Virus record (IMG/VR): IMGVR_UViG_3300050159_000048
Reading direction: 5' to 3' (one strand)
Length of the DNA: 64,000 bases
Origin: a virus
Taxonomy: Duplodnaviria > Caudoviricetes
Below the pieces are notes generated by a model. The model searched no databases. It saw only the letters and a program-made list of their open reading frames with translations, and was not told the origin of the DNA. Both the position numbers and the translations under genes were made by a program. This document shows positions 48,317 through 58,770 of this stretch, one piece after another (positions within the stretch are counted from its first letter, which is position 1; every line of letters starts with the position of its first letter).

Positions 48317-50707
48317 TTAGTTTGTAACTTCAGCTGTTTGTACCACTGCAACCCAGCGAATTGTTTTTGCAGCTTCACCTGTTACCTGAACACGTAGAGC
48401 ACCGTTAGTTGTATCAGCGGAGACGGTTACGTCCCACGCTGCATTGGTTTCACCTAAGATCGATTTGGTGACCGCACCAACAAGCGCAGCGGACGCAGCA
48501 GTTGTATCTTTCCTGATAACACCATCCACACGATACCCTGCACCACCACCCGTCGCATCAGTACGACGACCAGAGATCAAGATTGAGAATGTCCAAACGC
48601 TGTTGTTTGGCATAACCAGGCGAGTTGCTGATCCATCCAAGAACAGTTCAGTCACGGTTGCGGTAGATGTGATATTGCGCATCACATATGTGGATGCTTG
48701 CGCGTCACCAGCAGTTGCGAATGTTCCGTTAGCGTAAGCGCGCTGACCGTACAAGGTAGCAGAAGTACCTGGACCAAATGCTATTGCATGTTGCGCACCA
48801 GCACTGGAGCTAGAACCGATTGCAACTGAGTTGGTGCCAGTTGCAATCGGCGTAGTTGGGGAGGACACGTTTTCGCGCCACAATTGCAGAGCACCACCAA
48901 TGTCAGCGGCGACCAGAGCACGGAACGTTGGCGTTCCGGTTGAACCGTTAGGAGCTGCGAAGACGGTGTTTGTGGTTTGGTTAGCCAGTGTGATTGCAGC
49001 ACTTACCGCACCTGTGGCCGCCGAAGCACCAGTAATCGACATGATCGATGGTACTGTCTGTGTGAACGATGTAACACCACTGTTAGAAATCGTAATCGAG
49101 CCAGCAGCGTTTGCAACACCGATGCCTGTGCCTGCTGTTAGGGTAGCTAGTGTTGGAGCAGCACCGGTTGAACCAATCAGAATCTGACCGTTGGTGGGAG
49201 CAGCAGTAGCCGTCAACAACCCAGCCGTACCGGAGTACACCATGGAGTTTGCTGTCAAGCCCGACACAGTCAGGTTAGTAGTAACCGTCAGGGAGCCTGG
49301 GGCGGTAATTGCTGAAGGCAGTGACAAAGTCACTGAACCAGTAGATGCTGATGCTGTGATCTGGTTAGCGGTACCAGCAAGAGCGGTAACACCACTGTTA
49401 GAAATCGTGATTGAACCGGCGGCGTTTGCGACACCAATACCCGTGCCTGCTGTTAGAGTAGCTAGTGTGTAGCCTGTAGCGTTACCGATCAACAGTTGAC
49501 CATTGGCGGGCGCAGAAGTTAGACCAGTACCACCCAAAGAAACAGCGATTGGAGCGGTGATCGAGAATGTTGTGCCGGACAGCGTCAAACCTGTGCCTGC
49601 GGTGTACGTGCCAGCACCACCAAACTGCACGAATGTGATGTTAGTAGAACCGAGCGTACCACCTTGGTCGGACGTAGAGACCCAACCAGTGTCTTTGTTA
49701 GTTGTACCTTCTTCAACAAAGACAAAGGCGCCAGGAATTTCCGACCACGCATCAAAGTCAGTTGCACGTGTTGGTGTACCAGCCGTTACAATGTAGATGC
49801 CGTTTTCAGAAGCTGTAGCTTGGTTCTTGATTAGGATACGATCGCCGGTAACCAGGGTCACACCGTCAACGGTAGCGCCGTTAACAAACGAAGAAGCAAG
49901 AGTACCAGAGGTAGTAGTGGTTACACGAACAGACTGCTTAGGATCCAAACCTTGCAGCAACGAGTCCACGTAGGCTTTGGAGACAGCCGAACCAGACGTG
50001 GTTGGAGTTGCTGGTAGGCCCAGAACTTCACCGCCTCCGGAGAACGTCAAGTTTGCACCAGACGACATGGAGTCGCCGGACACGTTTACGTATGTTGCGT
50101 CAACGAGAGTGGTAATATCGGATGCCACAACTGCGGTGTTGTTGATAACACGACCCTTCGAATCCAACTGAACCTTAACAAATGAGGTGCCGGTTGAGCC
50201 CTGCGTAACCGTGGCCAAGTCGATAGTTGGGTTGCCGGAAGCGCCGTCGCCATTCGATACGGTGATGTTGCTTGCTGTCCCAGTAATTGTACGAGCTACG
50301 AAAGTATCTGCAGCGGACTGAGAGATCATACCAACCGTTGCCAACGAGGCTAGGGTTTGCAGACCTGCGTCCAGAGACAGCGTAATTGTGCCGGAGCTGG
50401 TGATTGGTGAGCCCGATACGGACAGACCCGTACCACCTGAAACTGCAACCGACGTTACAGTACCGCCACCGGTTGCAAGACTTGACCAAACCGTGCCGGT
50501 GTTGTATTCTAGAACACTACTTTCGGTGTTGTAGCGGAGCATACCTGCAGAGTTTGCTGGGCGTTGAGCGGTCGTACCAAGAGGTAGATAAATGGCGCCA
50601 GTACCAGTGATCTGCAGCGACTGCGTCGTGCCCCCGAGCGGAGGAGCAACGGTTGTGTCGATTGTCAAGAGGCTATCAATTAAGCCAGTGTCGTGGTTAA
50701 AGTTCAT
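48317..50707 (-). CDS. long tail fibre protein
   Basis: GTTAQRP, AVSKAYVD, GDRILIKNQ..ENGIY, GTGLT repeats. Confidence 0.8.
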   Translation of the reverse strand: MNFNHDTGLIDSLLTIDTTVAPPLGGTTQSLQITGTGAIYLPLGTTAQRPANSAGMLRYNTESSVLEYNTGTVWSSLATGGGTVTSVAVSGGTGLSVSGSPITSSGTITLSLDAGLQTLASLATVGMISQSAADTFVARTITGTASNITVSNGDGASGNPTIDLATVTQGSTGTSFVKVQLDSKGRVINNTAVVASDITTLVDATYVNVSGDSMSSGANLTFSGGGEVLGLPATPTTSGSAVSKAYVDSLLQGLDPKQSVRVTTTTSGTLASSFVNGATVDGVTLVTGDRILIKNQATASENGIYIVTAGTPTRATDFDAWSEIPGAFVFVEEGTTNKDTGWVSTSDQGGTLGSTNITFVQFGGAGTYTAGTGLTLSGTTFSITAPIAVSLGGTGLTSAPANGQLLIGNATGYTLATLTAGTGIGVANAAGSITISNSGVTALAGTANQITASASTGSVTLSLPSAITAPGSLTVTTNLTVSGLTANSMVYSGTAGLLTATAAPTNGQILIGSTGAAPTLATLTAGTGIGVANAAGSITISNSGVTSFTQTVPSIMSITGASAATGAVSAAITLANQTTNTVFAAPNGSTGTPTFRALVAADIGGALQLWRENVSSPTTPIATGTNSVAIGSSSSAGAQHAIAFGPGTSATLYGQRAYANGTFATAGDAQASTYVMRNITSTATVTELFLDGSATRLVMPNNSVWTFSILISGRRTDATGGGAGYRVDGVIRKDTTAASAALVGAVTKSILGETNAAWDVTVSADTTNGALRVQVTGEAAKTIRWVAVVQTAEVTN

Positions 50708-50709
50708 GA

Positions 50710-51525
50710 TTAGTTTGTAACCTCAAGTGTTTCAAAAAGTATGGCCCATCGAATTGTTTTTCCGGTTTGTCCAGTGACGAACGCATTGATACTACCATTC
50801 GTGGTGTCGGTGGTGATATTTATGTCCCAGGGGATGTTACTCTCTGCCAAAACTGTTTTTGTTGGAGCGCCCTGGAATGTGATTGTGTTTGCTCCAGCCT
50901 TGCGATACACAACCCCTTGAATCTTGTATCCGGCGTGACCGTCACCCACATCCGTCCGGTGTGCAGTGACAGTAGCTGTGAATGTCCATGTGCTATCATC
51001 CGGTAATACCAGACGCTCAACACCATTTGTACCATCCAGAAATGCTTCAGTCTGAATTCCGTTGACGGTGATTGCACGTAGCATGTACCGACCTGCTTGG
51101 CAGTCACCACTCGTTGTAAAGCGACCGCTTGCCCAAACATTGGCACCACGGTGCCGAGCGACTGATTGCTCCCCCATTGCGATTGAGCTAGGAGCAGTGG
51201 TCGTTGTTTGTGCACCAACACCAAGCGCGATCGAATCAATGCCTTGTGTTGCTGGAGTGGTGGGGTTTGCGCTTGGGGCTTCTGAATATAGGACTAGATT
51301 GGTTCCACCGCCACCACCGCTGCCGGTTCCTGCTTGTGACCACTTTGAAACACCTACACCAACGTCAATTTTGGTGTACATGTTACCGTTATTGGTGTCT
51401 AGGTAGACGGAGCCACGCTGAGCGTTGTTCGTATCGGTTGAGGAGCCGGGAGCCCCCGCTCCTTGAAGGATACGGATGCTGTCATCAATCTCCAGTCCTC
51501 GTACAATTCGGAAAAATTCGCTCAT
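50710..51525 (-). CDS. tail fibre-related protein, paralogous to C-terminus of 48317..50707
   Basis: GDCQAG..FLDG..LVLP..WTF..RTD..AGY..G vs GDAQAS..FLDG..LVMP..WTF..RTD..AGY..G. Confidence 0.7.
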   Translation of the reverse strand: MSEFFRIVRGLEIDDSIRILQGAGAPGSSTDTNNAQRGSVYLDTNNGNMYTKIDVGVGVSKWSQAGTGSGGGGGTNLVLYSEAPSANPTTPATQGIDSIALGVGAQTTTTAPSSIAMGEQSVARHRGANVWASGRFTTSGDCQAGRYMLRAITVNGIQTEAFLDGTNGVERLVLPDDSTWTFTATVTAHRTDVGDGHAGYKIQGVVYRKAGANTITFQGAPTKTVLAESNIPWDINITTDTTNGSINAFVTGQTGKTIRWAILFETLEVTN

Positions 51526-51557
51526 CGCTTGCCTTTTGCGCAGTTACAATAGTCTAT

Positions 51558-52646
51558 TTATGAGGTAGTGGGAACCCGTAGTAGGCTAATATGCACTGTG
51601 TTTGCATCATTGTTCTTAACCTCTAGAGTCAGGCGGCCTGCAACTACCGTAGTGGTGAAGGCTAGATTCAGTTTGTCGGCGATCGTGCCGTATACGGAGT
51701 GGTCAGCGACGCCCTGCAATGTGTTATACCCCACTTCACATGCCATTGTGCGATTATCTTGGACGTCAATGGCCCCAAGTAGCCATTTACCACCAGACAC
51801 ATATCTGCCGTTAACAGTATCGACAGTCCTTGTTACACCAGCACCGATGTATACTATTTGCGGATGCCAAATCTTCATATCGGATTGGGACGGCGCACAG
51901 TTGTTTGCTGACGTTGAATGTACTGGGACTCGGGTGACGTCAACTGCAATATCCTCGGAACTTTGGTTTGTTAGTAGGATTTCCAATCCTTGATTGGCAA
52001 CCTCAATGAGCACGATATCATGATTCAGCGAACGTGATCCAACAACTGCGTATTCAACCCCTCTCGGGGTTGAACTCAGCTGAACCAACACTTGCGATGA
52101 TACGCTGGTGGTATCTGATGTTAATGTAATTGCCAGCTTGACAGCCATCATACCTAGGTCTGTGTCCGGAATGAAATCGATTAAGCCCTGTTGTAGAGCT
52201 CGGATCACTACGGTGTTTTGGGAGATTGGGAGATAAGATGTTGCTGCTTGAGGCTGATCATCAACCGGGACAATCTTGCGCGTAGCGTATACCACCAGCC
52301 CAACTAGTTCGCTGTTGGTGATTGACAACACGAGATTGCTACCAACGAGTGTTACAGTCGGGGTAATTGCGAACACACTACCTTCAAATCCGTATGTAAC
52401 AAATGTGGGGTTTGTGCCAGCACGGTGGGTAGCATGTACCTCAAACGTGCGCATGCGGCTACGGTCAGCATTTGTCACAGTTACGATCCACTTTGCTGTT
52501 CGTGCGATGGCTACCGCGATTGAATCTATAGAGGCACTGCTGCTGGCCGCCATAGTTTTTTGAACGGACACAACAGGATAAAAGTCACACACGGTAGAGG
52601 AGCCTGTTGCACACCGTGAATTTGATTTAGCTACGATTACACTCAT
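51558..52646 (-). CDS. virion protein with three internal repeats
   Basis: three units of about 110 aa (AKWIVTV / VKLAITL / GKWLLGA, each followed by a YG/YA/YG motif); TAAATA 52667-52672. Confidence 0.55.
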   Translation of the reverse strand: MSVIVAKSNSRCATGSSTVCDFYPVVSVQKTMAASSSASIDSIAVAIARTAKWIVTVTNADRSRMRTFEVHATHRAGTNPTFVTYGFEGSVFAITPTVTLVGSNLVLSITNSELVGLVVYATRKIVPVDDQPQAATSYLPISQNTVVIRALQQGLIDFIPDTDLGMMAVKLAITLTSDTTSVSSQVLVQLSSTPRGVEYAVVGSRSLNHDIVLIEVANQGLEILLTNQSSEDIAVDVTRVPVHSTSANNCAPSQSDMKIWHPQIVYIGAGVTRTVDTVNGRYVSGGKWLLGAIDVQDNRTMACEVGYNTLQGVADHSVYGTIADKLNLAFTTTVVAGRLTLEVKNNDANTVHISLLRVPTTS

Positions 52647-52724
52647 AAATCCAACCAGTTAGACCGTATTTATGAGACGCTTGTGGGGCAATCGGCGGTC
52701 ATAAATATCACTAAAGGAAGTCAC

Positions 52725-53309
52725 ATGGCCCGCAAATTACTAACCGTTCACTTTACGTCTGCTGGCGTTCCCCAAATCGGACTAACGCCAACGATTGATA
52801 TCTTTGAGCTAAACCCAACCAATCCCGCAAGCAACACTCATGTGGTTGTTGGTGAACCTGCGGTTGAGATTGGATTGGGGTGGTATCGGTATGACTTTAC
52901 CACGTATAGTCCAGCAAAGAGTTACGTATTCACGTTTGATGGTGGGAACACATTGGCTGACTGTGATCGATACCAAATTGGCGGTAATGAAAGTTACGTT
53001 GAAGAGATTGCGTCTTCAGTGTGGGATCAAACTTTGACCGATCACCAAACAACCGGATCTTCAGGATTGGCTTTGTCACAGGTTCAAGCAGACGTTGCTG
53101 AGGTTCGTTTGAATGATGCTGCGATGACCACCCTGTTAGAGACTATGTTGAAATACCAACGTAACCGCACCAAAATTGATGTCAACAATGCTCAGCTGAT
53201 CATCTACGATGACGACTGTGTTACACCTCTTACAACGTTCAACCTACGAGACTTCAGTGGAATGCCTAGCGTCCAAGAGGTTTGCGAACGTGTTCCGACG
53301 ACTTGCTAA
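52725..53309 (+). CDS. virion structural protein
   Basis: AAGGA SD, TAAATA 52702-52707, EIGLGWYRYDF. Confidence 0.6.
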   Translation: MARKLLTVHFTSAGVPQIGLTPTIDIFELNPTNPASNTHVVVGEPAVEIGLGWYRYDFTTYSPAKSYVFTFDGGNTLADCDRYQIGGNESYVEEIASSVWDQTLTDHQTTGSSGLALSQVQADVAEVRLNDAAMTTLLETMLKYQRNRTKIDVNNAQLIIYDDDCVTPLTTFNLRDFSGMPSVQEVCERVPTTC

Positions 53310-53722
53310 TGGCCCTCTTCAAACACACCTATAGCGGATTGATTACCAATGGACTAGGCATGCCTGCGTGTTGTGGCATGCTTACAGTGGGGTTCCATCT
53401 ATTTCGATGCAAGATTGAGGTGTTGGAACCACCGGTAGTTCCAGGGGGAGGTGGTGGTGGTGGAGGTATGGTTGTTACACAACCAGGCATTTATGTGCCA
53501 TGGAAGCCGAAACCGAAGGCGCCTAAGCTGGTACAAATCACCGTCAAAATGTCAAATGATAAGGTGTGGCGCAAGGCCTATAAGGTGTCTGATCGACAAG
53601 CTGACAAGTTTGTGCGTGTGATCAACTTCGTCAATGCCACCACCGCCCGCATTGCTGTTGGCGTTGACCAGATCAAGCATGCATCAAAACGGGTGGTAGC
53701 AATCTTCTCCCGCGATAAATAA
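53309..53722 (+). CDS. hypothetical protein
   Basis: TAATG overlap, poly-Gly linker. Confidence 0.6.
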   Translation: MALFKHTYSGLITNGLGMPACCGMLTVGFHLFRCKIEVLEPPVVPGGGGGGGGMVVTQPGIYVPWKPKPKAPKLVQITVKMSNDKVWRKAYKVSDRQADKFVRVINFVNATTARIAVGVDQIKHASKRVVAIFSRDK

Positions 53723-53741
53723 TAGTCCAAAGGACAAACCC

Positions 53742-54479
53742 ATGAGCGACGCATCCACTATTAAAATCAATCCAGCCAAGAAGAGTGACCTTGAATTCGA
53801 TGTTATGATTCAGGGCGTGGATGACACTGCTCCTCCAACCGTTCGCTTTGTCATTACCAGCGAAGCGCAGCAGTGTGACTATTCCTTCAAATGCTCACGC
53901 ATTGACGGGGAAGAGTACAAGTGGGTAGCTAAGCTCCCAGCTCTCACACAAGTGCAAGAAAGCAACGTGCCTTTCCGCGTTGAAGTGATCGTTGACGGGT
54001 ATTATTTTGAACCAGCAGCTGGAACTGTAATGTTGGTTACTGATCCTTCCGTCAAGTTCCAACCATCCGTATCTAAACCAAAGGTAACGACGTCGTTTAC
54101 GGTGAAGCAAGACGATGATAAGCCTGCCGAACCGAAGAAACCAGCCAAGGTTAAGGAAGCTGTTGAGGAAGCTGTAACGCTTCCTGAAATCGTTGACCCG
54201 GTCATTGAAACCCCAGCGCCAGTTGAAGAGATTGTTATGGAACAACCAATTGAGATTGTGCCACCTGCCGTAGAGGAAGCATTCAACCCATCTACAATTG
54301 CGCAGAACATCGTCCGATCCACAATCGGTAAGTCTATTGAGCGACCAGCGACACGCGGTCAACTCTTCAAGCGCAGCCAAGATGGCAAGGCTGTTGTTGC
54401 TGGCATTGAATCACCAGCGGATAAAGCGGCAAAACGCGCCAAAGAGGCGCGTGTCAAGGAAATCTTGGGATCTAATTAA
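53742..54479 (+). CDS. hypothetical late protein
   Basis: AAGGA SD, TAAATA 53716-53721. Confidence 0.65.
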   Translation: MSDASTIKINPAKKSDLEFDVMIQGVDDTAPPTVRFVITSEAQQCDYSFKCSRIDGEEYKWVAKLPALTQVQESNVPFRVEVIVDGYYFEPAAGTVMLVTDPSVKFQPSVSKPKVTTSFTVKQDDDKPAEPKKPAKVKEAVEEAVTLPEIVDPVIETPAPVEEIVMEQPIEIVPPAVEEAFNPSTIAQNIVRSTIGKSIERPATRGQLFKRSQDGKAVVAGIESPADKAAKRAKEARVKEILGSN

Positions 54480-55036
54480 CTGGGCAGAATTAGCCCAGTT
54501 GCTTGCACTTGTTGAACCACTTTGAGTAGGTGCTTGCACAAACCCGGCACTTGGTTGGGGTTAACTGGCGGGCGATTGGTCTTTTTCACGTACGGGGGCG
54601 GCGGCTTTCCAACCAAAGACTTGTCTTGCGCATTGTAGTTTGCGAACCGGTAGTGGAAGTCCATGCAGTTGCACCGAACTTTTGCGTTGTGCATCGCAAG
54701 ATTGATTGGAGCAGCGTGGAACTCTGTTCCATCCGCAGCTTGCAACGTAATGACGCCGGAACCACTCTGAGAGCTAAATGGAACCTTGGTCAACTGAATT
54801 GCTTGCTTATATGGATTACCGTTGCTGACTGTGTTTGACCGAATGTGCAACATCTTCATGCCGAGATACGGGATGTACTCGATGGCCTGAACCGTTACCT
54901 CGCCTGTGGCGTGTTGCCGTTTTTTGGTCGTGGGGAATTCACGCTCAATGTTATCTTCCAGATCGGACACAGTTGAAACTTCGTTCAGCTGATTCACGAT
55001 CCGTTCGCCCCGAATTGTCCACAATTGTTCAGTCAT
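54476..55036 (-). CDS. SWIM zinc-finger-like protein
   Basis: VRCNCMDF...CKHLL; TAAATA 55058-55063. Confidence 0.65.
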   Translation of the reverse strand: MTEQLWTIRGERIVNQLNEVSTVSDLEDNIEREFPTTKKRQHATGEVTVQAIEYIPYLGMKMLHIRSNTVSNGNPYKQAIQLTKVPFSSQSGSGVITLQAADGTEFHAAPINLAMHNAKVRCNCMDFHYRFANYNAQDKSLVGKPPPPYVKKTNRPPVNPNQVPGLCKHLLKVVQQVQATGLILPS

Positions 55037-55070
55037 AGGTAGGTGTCTCCACCTACCTATTTACTGAATC

Positions 55071-56216
55071 TCACGAAGTGAGATTGTGATCGCTCGTCAA
55101 GACGTTGTCGAACTCACCAACCAAGGGCTGCTGAAGCGACATGTACTGCTGACGAACAGCGGATTCAGGCACGCTCTTATCACCACGAGTCTGCTGGCGA
55201 GCCAACACCGTGTCCAACGACACCGGCATCAGCACAGCAACAGTGTGGAAACCATGCTTCTTGGCGACTCGCAAATACCAACCACGACGCTTGGCCGACA
55301 GGTTCGTGTTGTCAACATACAGGTGGCGGCCAGCAGCCCACGCCTCCTTAGCCATCTGGTGAAAACGAGCATTCGCTCGCAACTCAAACGACTTGTCCTT
55401 CACAGAGCCCTCATACGCCTTAGCGTAGTCGTCAGCATCGTAGAACTCATGGCGCAGCAGATCCAGGGAAAACACATCGATCTGCTCACCGTCGTTGGCA
55501 GCGTTCGCCTGCGCCTGCCGCAGGAACGTGCTCTTGCCAGCGCCAGACGGAGCGATCGGCATCCACAGGGAGGGAACGTGTTCGGTACGGTCGCACGCAA
55601 CAACCGCGTTCTTCGCTCGGGCACGCATCTGCTCAACCCACTCATCAGAGTTGCGACGCTTGGTGTTGCTGTCGTCACTGATACGGCCGTACTGATCCGA
55701 CAGCAGAGCACGGAACCAAACCTGGGGCATGTTCTCCCCCATCGAATTGACGGTAGCAGCCAAGAAGTCCAGCTTCGTTTCGTCGGTGATAGACCAGGGC
55801 ATGTGGTGTTCGATCATCCAGCTGACGGCGCGGATGTCCTTAGCCGACAGCAGCTTGTTCGACGTGGCGTAGTCTTCGAACATGCGAGCAGAGATCAGTT
55901 CGTGACCACCGTACCTCCGGTATTCCCCACGCTCCTGACTCCACACAGTCTTTTCAGCCGCAGGCTTACCGACGTCGTGGAAAGCACACACAAGCGCACC
56001 AAGGTAGTCGTACCAACCCCACGGCTCAGCAAAAAATTCGCATTCAGCATCAGTACGGTCGAGATATTCTTGCACAACCATTTGGGTGTGAACCAACACA
56101 TTCGCTTCGCGGTGCCAGGGGCTGCCTTCCACGGTGCGTTCCATGCGCTGGAACATGGGGGTGGTTTGCAGATCAGCAAACAGCTTCACGAATTGGGTGC
56201 GGTAGGTGTCAGTCAT
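55071..56216 (-). CDS. HD-domain phosphohydrolase fused to polynucleotide kinase (AAA_33)
   Basis: WHREANVLVHT, FHDVGK, GHE, HHM; APSGAGKST, VDNTN, RQQTR. Confidence 0.85.
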   Translation of the reverse strand: MTDTYRTQFVKLFADLQTTPMFQRMERTVEGSPWHREANVLVHTQMVVQEYLDRTDAECEFFAEPWGWYDYLGALVCAFHDVGKPAAEKTVWSQERGEYRRYGGHELISARMFEDYATSNKLLSAKDIRAVSWMIEHHMPWSITDETKLDFLAATVNSMGENMPQVWFRALLSDQYGRISDDSNTKRRNSDEWVEQMRARAKNAVVACDRTEHVPSLWMPIAPSGAGKSTFLRQAQANAANDGEQIDVFSLDLLRHEFYDADDYAKAYEGSVKDKSFELRANARFHQMAKEAWAAGRHLYVDNTNLSAKRRGWYLRVAKKHGFHTVAVLMPVSLDTVLARQQTRGDKSVPESAVRQQYMSLQQPLVGEFDNVLTSDHNLTS

Positions 56217-56239
56217 TACGTTCTCCGAAAGTTTCGGTG

Positions 56240-56268
56240 ACTATAACGACTTTCCCCTTAACAGTCAA
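56240..56268 (-). promoter_or_regulatory. sigma70-like promoter
   Basis: TTGACT-17 nt-TATAGT, then GGAG SD. Confidence 0.7.
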
Positions 56269-57863
56269 CCCAATACCATATCCGCCATTCCGTCATCATC
56301 GTCATCACTGCGGCGATCCGATGTTAACCAGTTGCTTGACGATCCAGAGTCGCTGAGATAAGCGTGTGAGTACAGCTTATCATATGCGTCCTGGTCAAAC
56401 GTTGAGATTTCGCTCAGTAGTCGAACAACCAGCACAGTAGCCATCACCAAGTCGTCGGTTGCCCCGATCTTTGCAGCATATGATCCACGAGCACGGATGA
56501 AGTTCTGCAGCTCGCGCACAGTAACGAGCGATTTCACGTGCATGCTATTGCGTTCAATCATTTCCTTCAAGGCAAGGCAGCCTTGAATCTTGGTCTTACC
56601 CGACGTTGTCATTCCACGACGTTTTTGGCCGGTTTCTGACACAAATTCCGCTGTAATCGGAGGATCTTCATCAGCTTCATAGAGGGCAATAATAGCTTCA
56701 CCGACACCGTTGTTCTCTACGGAGAAATATACGGTTGATCCTGCCCGCTCAAAGATACGCAGCATCTTTTTAAGCATGTGATACCCTGCAACGGACGACA
56801 TCGTGTTTGTACGAAACTCAGCGACTTGATCCATTGACGGGAATTCATACGCCACAATTGCTGTGTAATCTTCTCCGGATCCTGTTGCAGCGTCCATGCC
56901 AATGAGATAGGTGTTGTGCTGCATCGGCTCCTTGTAGAACACAATCTCGCCAGCAATACCAATTGGTTTGATTTTTTCGGTGACAGCCGCAAGGTTCTTT
57001 AGTGTGACAGAGTCGATCAGCAGGGGATCGCTAGAAATAAATTCACACTCATATTCCTGTTTCCACCGCGTTTCGCCAATCTTGGCTGTTTCTTCGTCTT
57101 TGAATTTCTTGTCACGGCCGGGTGGTTCATCCCACTTGACCTCGATTGGTGCGAAGCCGTTAATACCAACCGTCTTATCGTCAGGCGACGGAATATTTGC
57201 ACCTCGCCACAACTGAGCGAAGCGGTTGATGTCGCCGTTAGGCGTTGAACAGATAATACACGAACCACCGGTTGCTAGGGTAGGTGATACAGATGTCCAA
57301 AATTCTTCAGCAATACTGTCACGCACGAATGCAAATTCGTCAAGGAACAGTAGTGAAATAGATAGACCGCGACCGGTATTTTCAGACGTTGCTTGGGATA
57401 TGATACGGCTACCGTTGTCGAAACCACAGCTGTGCTTGTTCCATCCGTCAGCTGACAGTCCTGGCTTCAACCAATGCGGAACGCGTTCGTAGATAAACCG
57501 AACACGGTGAATCATTTCCATAGCGTTGTCGTTCTTGTTAGATGCAATTACGACAGTCTTTTCAAAGTGGAACATTGCAAACCATAAAAGAAAAGCACCT
57601 GCGATCCAAGATTTACCAATCTGGCGAGGTGCTAGTGCGATGGACAATCGGTTGTTTGCAAATGTGCTAATAATTCGGCGCTGATACGGACGCAGCGCGA
57701 ATCGAATAGAACCTTCAACAGCGTGTTGAATTTGACAATAGGTGTCGATGAAGTATTCAGCGTCTGCAGCGCAACGCTGCAGCTCAAGAATCTGATCGGT
57801 GGTGTATTCGTGCTGTTCGTTAGCACGCTTTAGATAAGGGTTTTTTGGGGCTGCCATGCCCAC
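56265..57863 (-). CDS. terL: terminase large subunit (gp17-like)
   Basis: PRQIGKS, GRGLSISLLFLDEFAF, STPNG, QEYECEF, GMDAATG, DDLVMA. Confidence 0.95.
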   Translation of the reverse strand: MGMAAPKNPYLKRANEQHEYTTDQILELQRCAADAEYFIDTYCQIQHAVEGSIRFALRPYQRRIISTFANNRLSIALAPRQIGKSWIAGAFLLWFAMFHFEKTVVIASNKNDNAMEMIHRVRFIYERVPHWLKPGLSADGWNKHSCGFDNGSRIISQATSENTGRGLSISLLFLDEFAFVRDSIAEEFWTSVSPTLATGGSCIICSTPNGDINRFAQLWRGANIPSPDDKTVGINGFAPIEVKWDEPPGRDKKFKDEETAKIGETRWKQEYECEFISSDPLLIDSVTLKNLAAVTEKIKPIGIAGEIVFYKEPMQHNTYLIGMDAATGSGEDYTAIVAYEFPSMDQVAEFRTNTMSSVAGYHMLKKMLRIFERAGSTVYFSVENNGVGEAIIALYEADEDPPITAEFVSETGQKRRGMTTSGKTKIQGCLALKEMIERNSMHVKSLVTVRELQNFIRARGSYAAKIGATDDLVMATVLVVRLLSEISTFDQDAYDKLYSHAYLSDSGSSSNWLTSDRRSDDDDDGMADMVLG

Positions 57864-57892
57864 TATATATCAAACAAAAATGCGGAGTTACC

Positions 57893-58336
57893 TTACTTTT
57901 TGTTGAATAATGCGCGGAGGATCTCGTTTCTGTCCGCAATAATCACGTCAGCTTTACCGGATCCTTGAGGCATTCCAGTAGCATCAGGAGCACGGGATGA
58001 CAGTTTGTCTTTATGCATTTTCAATTGCGCCTTCTCACGGGCAGCGCTCAGTGCTACGTTTAGCATTGTAGCTGTTACCTCACCGATCCGAGCTTTGTGG
58101 CGGCCTTCGACTCGAGCCATTTCATCACTGATCGCGGATACCTGCGACATTGCAACGTCGTAAATCTCTTGATATTGTGTGTCAACTTCGGTATCTTTGT
58201 CGTCGTAAGTTAGAGGCGTTACAACCATGGACGGCACAGCTTCAACAAACTCAGTTATTGTTGTGCCTGGCTCAATATCGAATACCTGTTCGAGCGGATG
58301 CTCGATCAGTTTCTCTTTTGTAACGGTGTTTGTCAT
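57893..58336 (-). CDS. putative terminase small subunit
   Basis: helical 147 aa directly upstream of terL; IIADRNEIL tail; call rests on position. Confidence 0.45.
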   Translation of the reverse strand: MTNTVTKEKLIEHPLEQVFDIEPGTTITEFVEAVPSMVVTPLTYDDKDTEVDTQYQEIYDVAMSQVSAISDEMARVEGRHKARIGEVTATMLNVALSAAREKAQLKMHKDKLSSRAPDATGMPQGSGKADVIIADRNEILRALFNKK

Positions 58337-58767
58337 TTGAAAATCGACTTCTCTGTAATGATTCTGAATCCCCAGCCTTTTTGATCACATAGCTGACGAG
58401 CTGCTGCCCACTTGGCTTGGTTGACAGCAAATGTTAACTGCTCATACGCTCGGTACTTTGAGTTACCTCGAGGCGACGATGTTTGCGATCTAGGCTTCAC
58501 TTCGATCAATTCTTCCTTGATCTCTCCGTCGCTGGTCACATACTGCACCCAATAATCCGGATAGTATTTGTGCAACCGCCCATCGGTTGGCTTTAGGTAC
58601 GGGATTGAGAATGGCTCACTTGACCATTTTAATACGCGTTGATTGTTGTCAAAGAATGAATGTGTCTCATATTCATAAGAAGACATATAACGGATCTTCG
58701 ACAAATCACCAACGTATTTATCAGGGTTTTTGGGTACGTAGTACCCCTGCATGAACGCTTTAGCCAT
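58333..58767 (-). CDS. head completion nuclease (T4 gp4-like)
   Basis: YYVPKNPDKYVGD, WSSEP, YYPDY, IEVKP, NQAKW. Confidence 0.9.
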   Translation of the reverse strand: MAKAFMQGYYVPKNPDKYVGDLSKIRYMSSYEYETHSFFDNNQRVLKWSSEPFSIPYLKPTDGRLHKYYPDYWVQYVTSDGEIKEELIEVKPRSQTSSPRGNSKYRAYEQLTFAVNQAKWAAARQLCDQKGWGFRIITEKSIFK

Positions 58768-58770
58768 GGT

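Noticed and set aside
46388-50489. Many 60-190 aa antisense ORFs across the tail-fibre genes
   Set aside because: Expected shadows of G/T/A/S-rich coding sequence.
55086-56240. 384-aa plus-strand ORF
   Set aside because: It lies wholly antisense to the motif-rich HD-kinase gene and has no recognisable motifs; codon bias explains the open shadow frame.
33486-57863. Inteins or introns in UvsW, UvsX or terminase
   Set aside because: Lengths are typical, frames are uninterrupted and no splicing motifs are seen.
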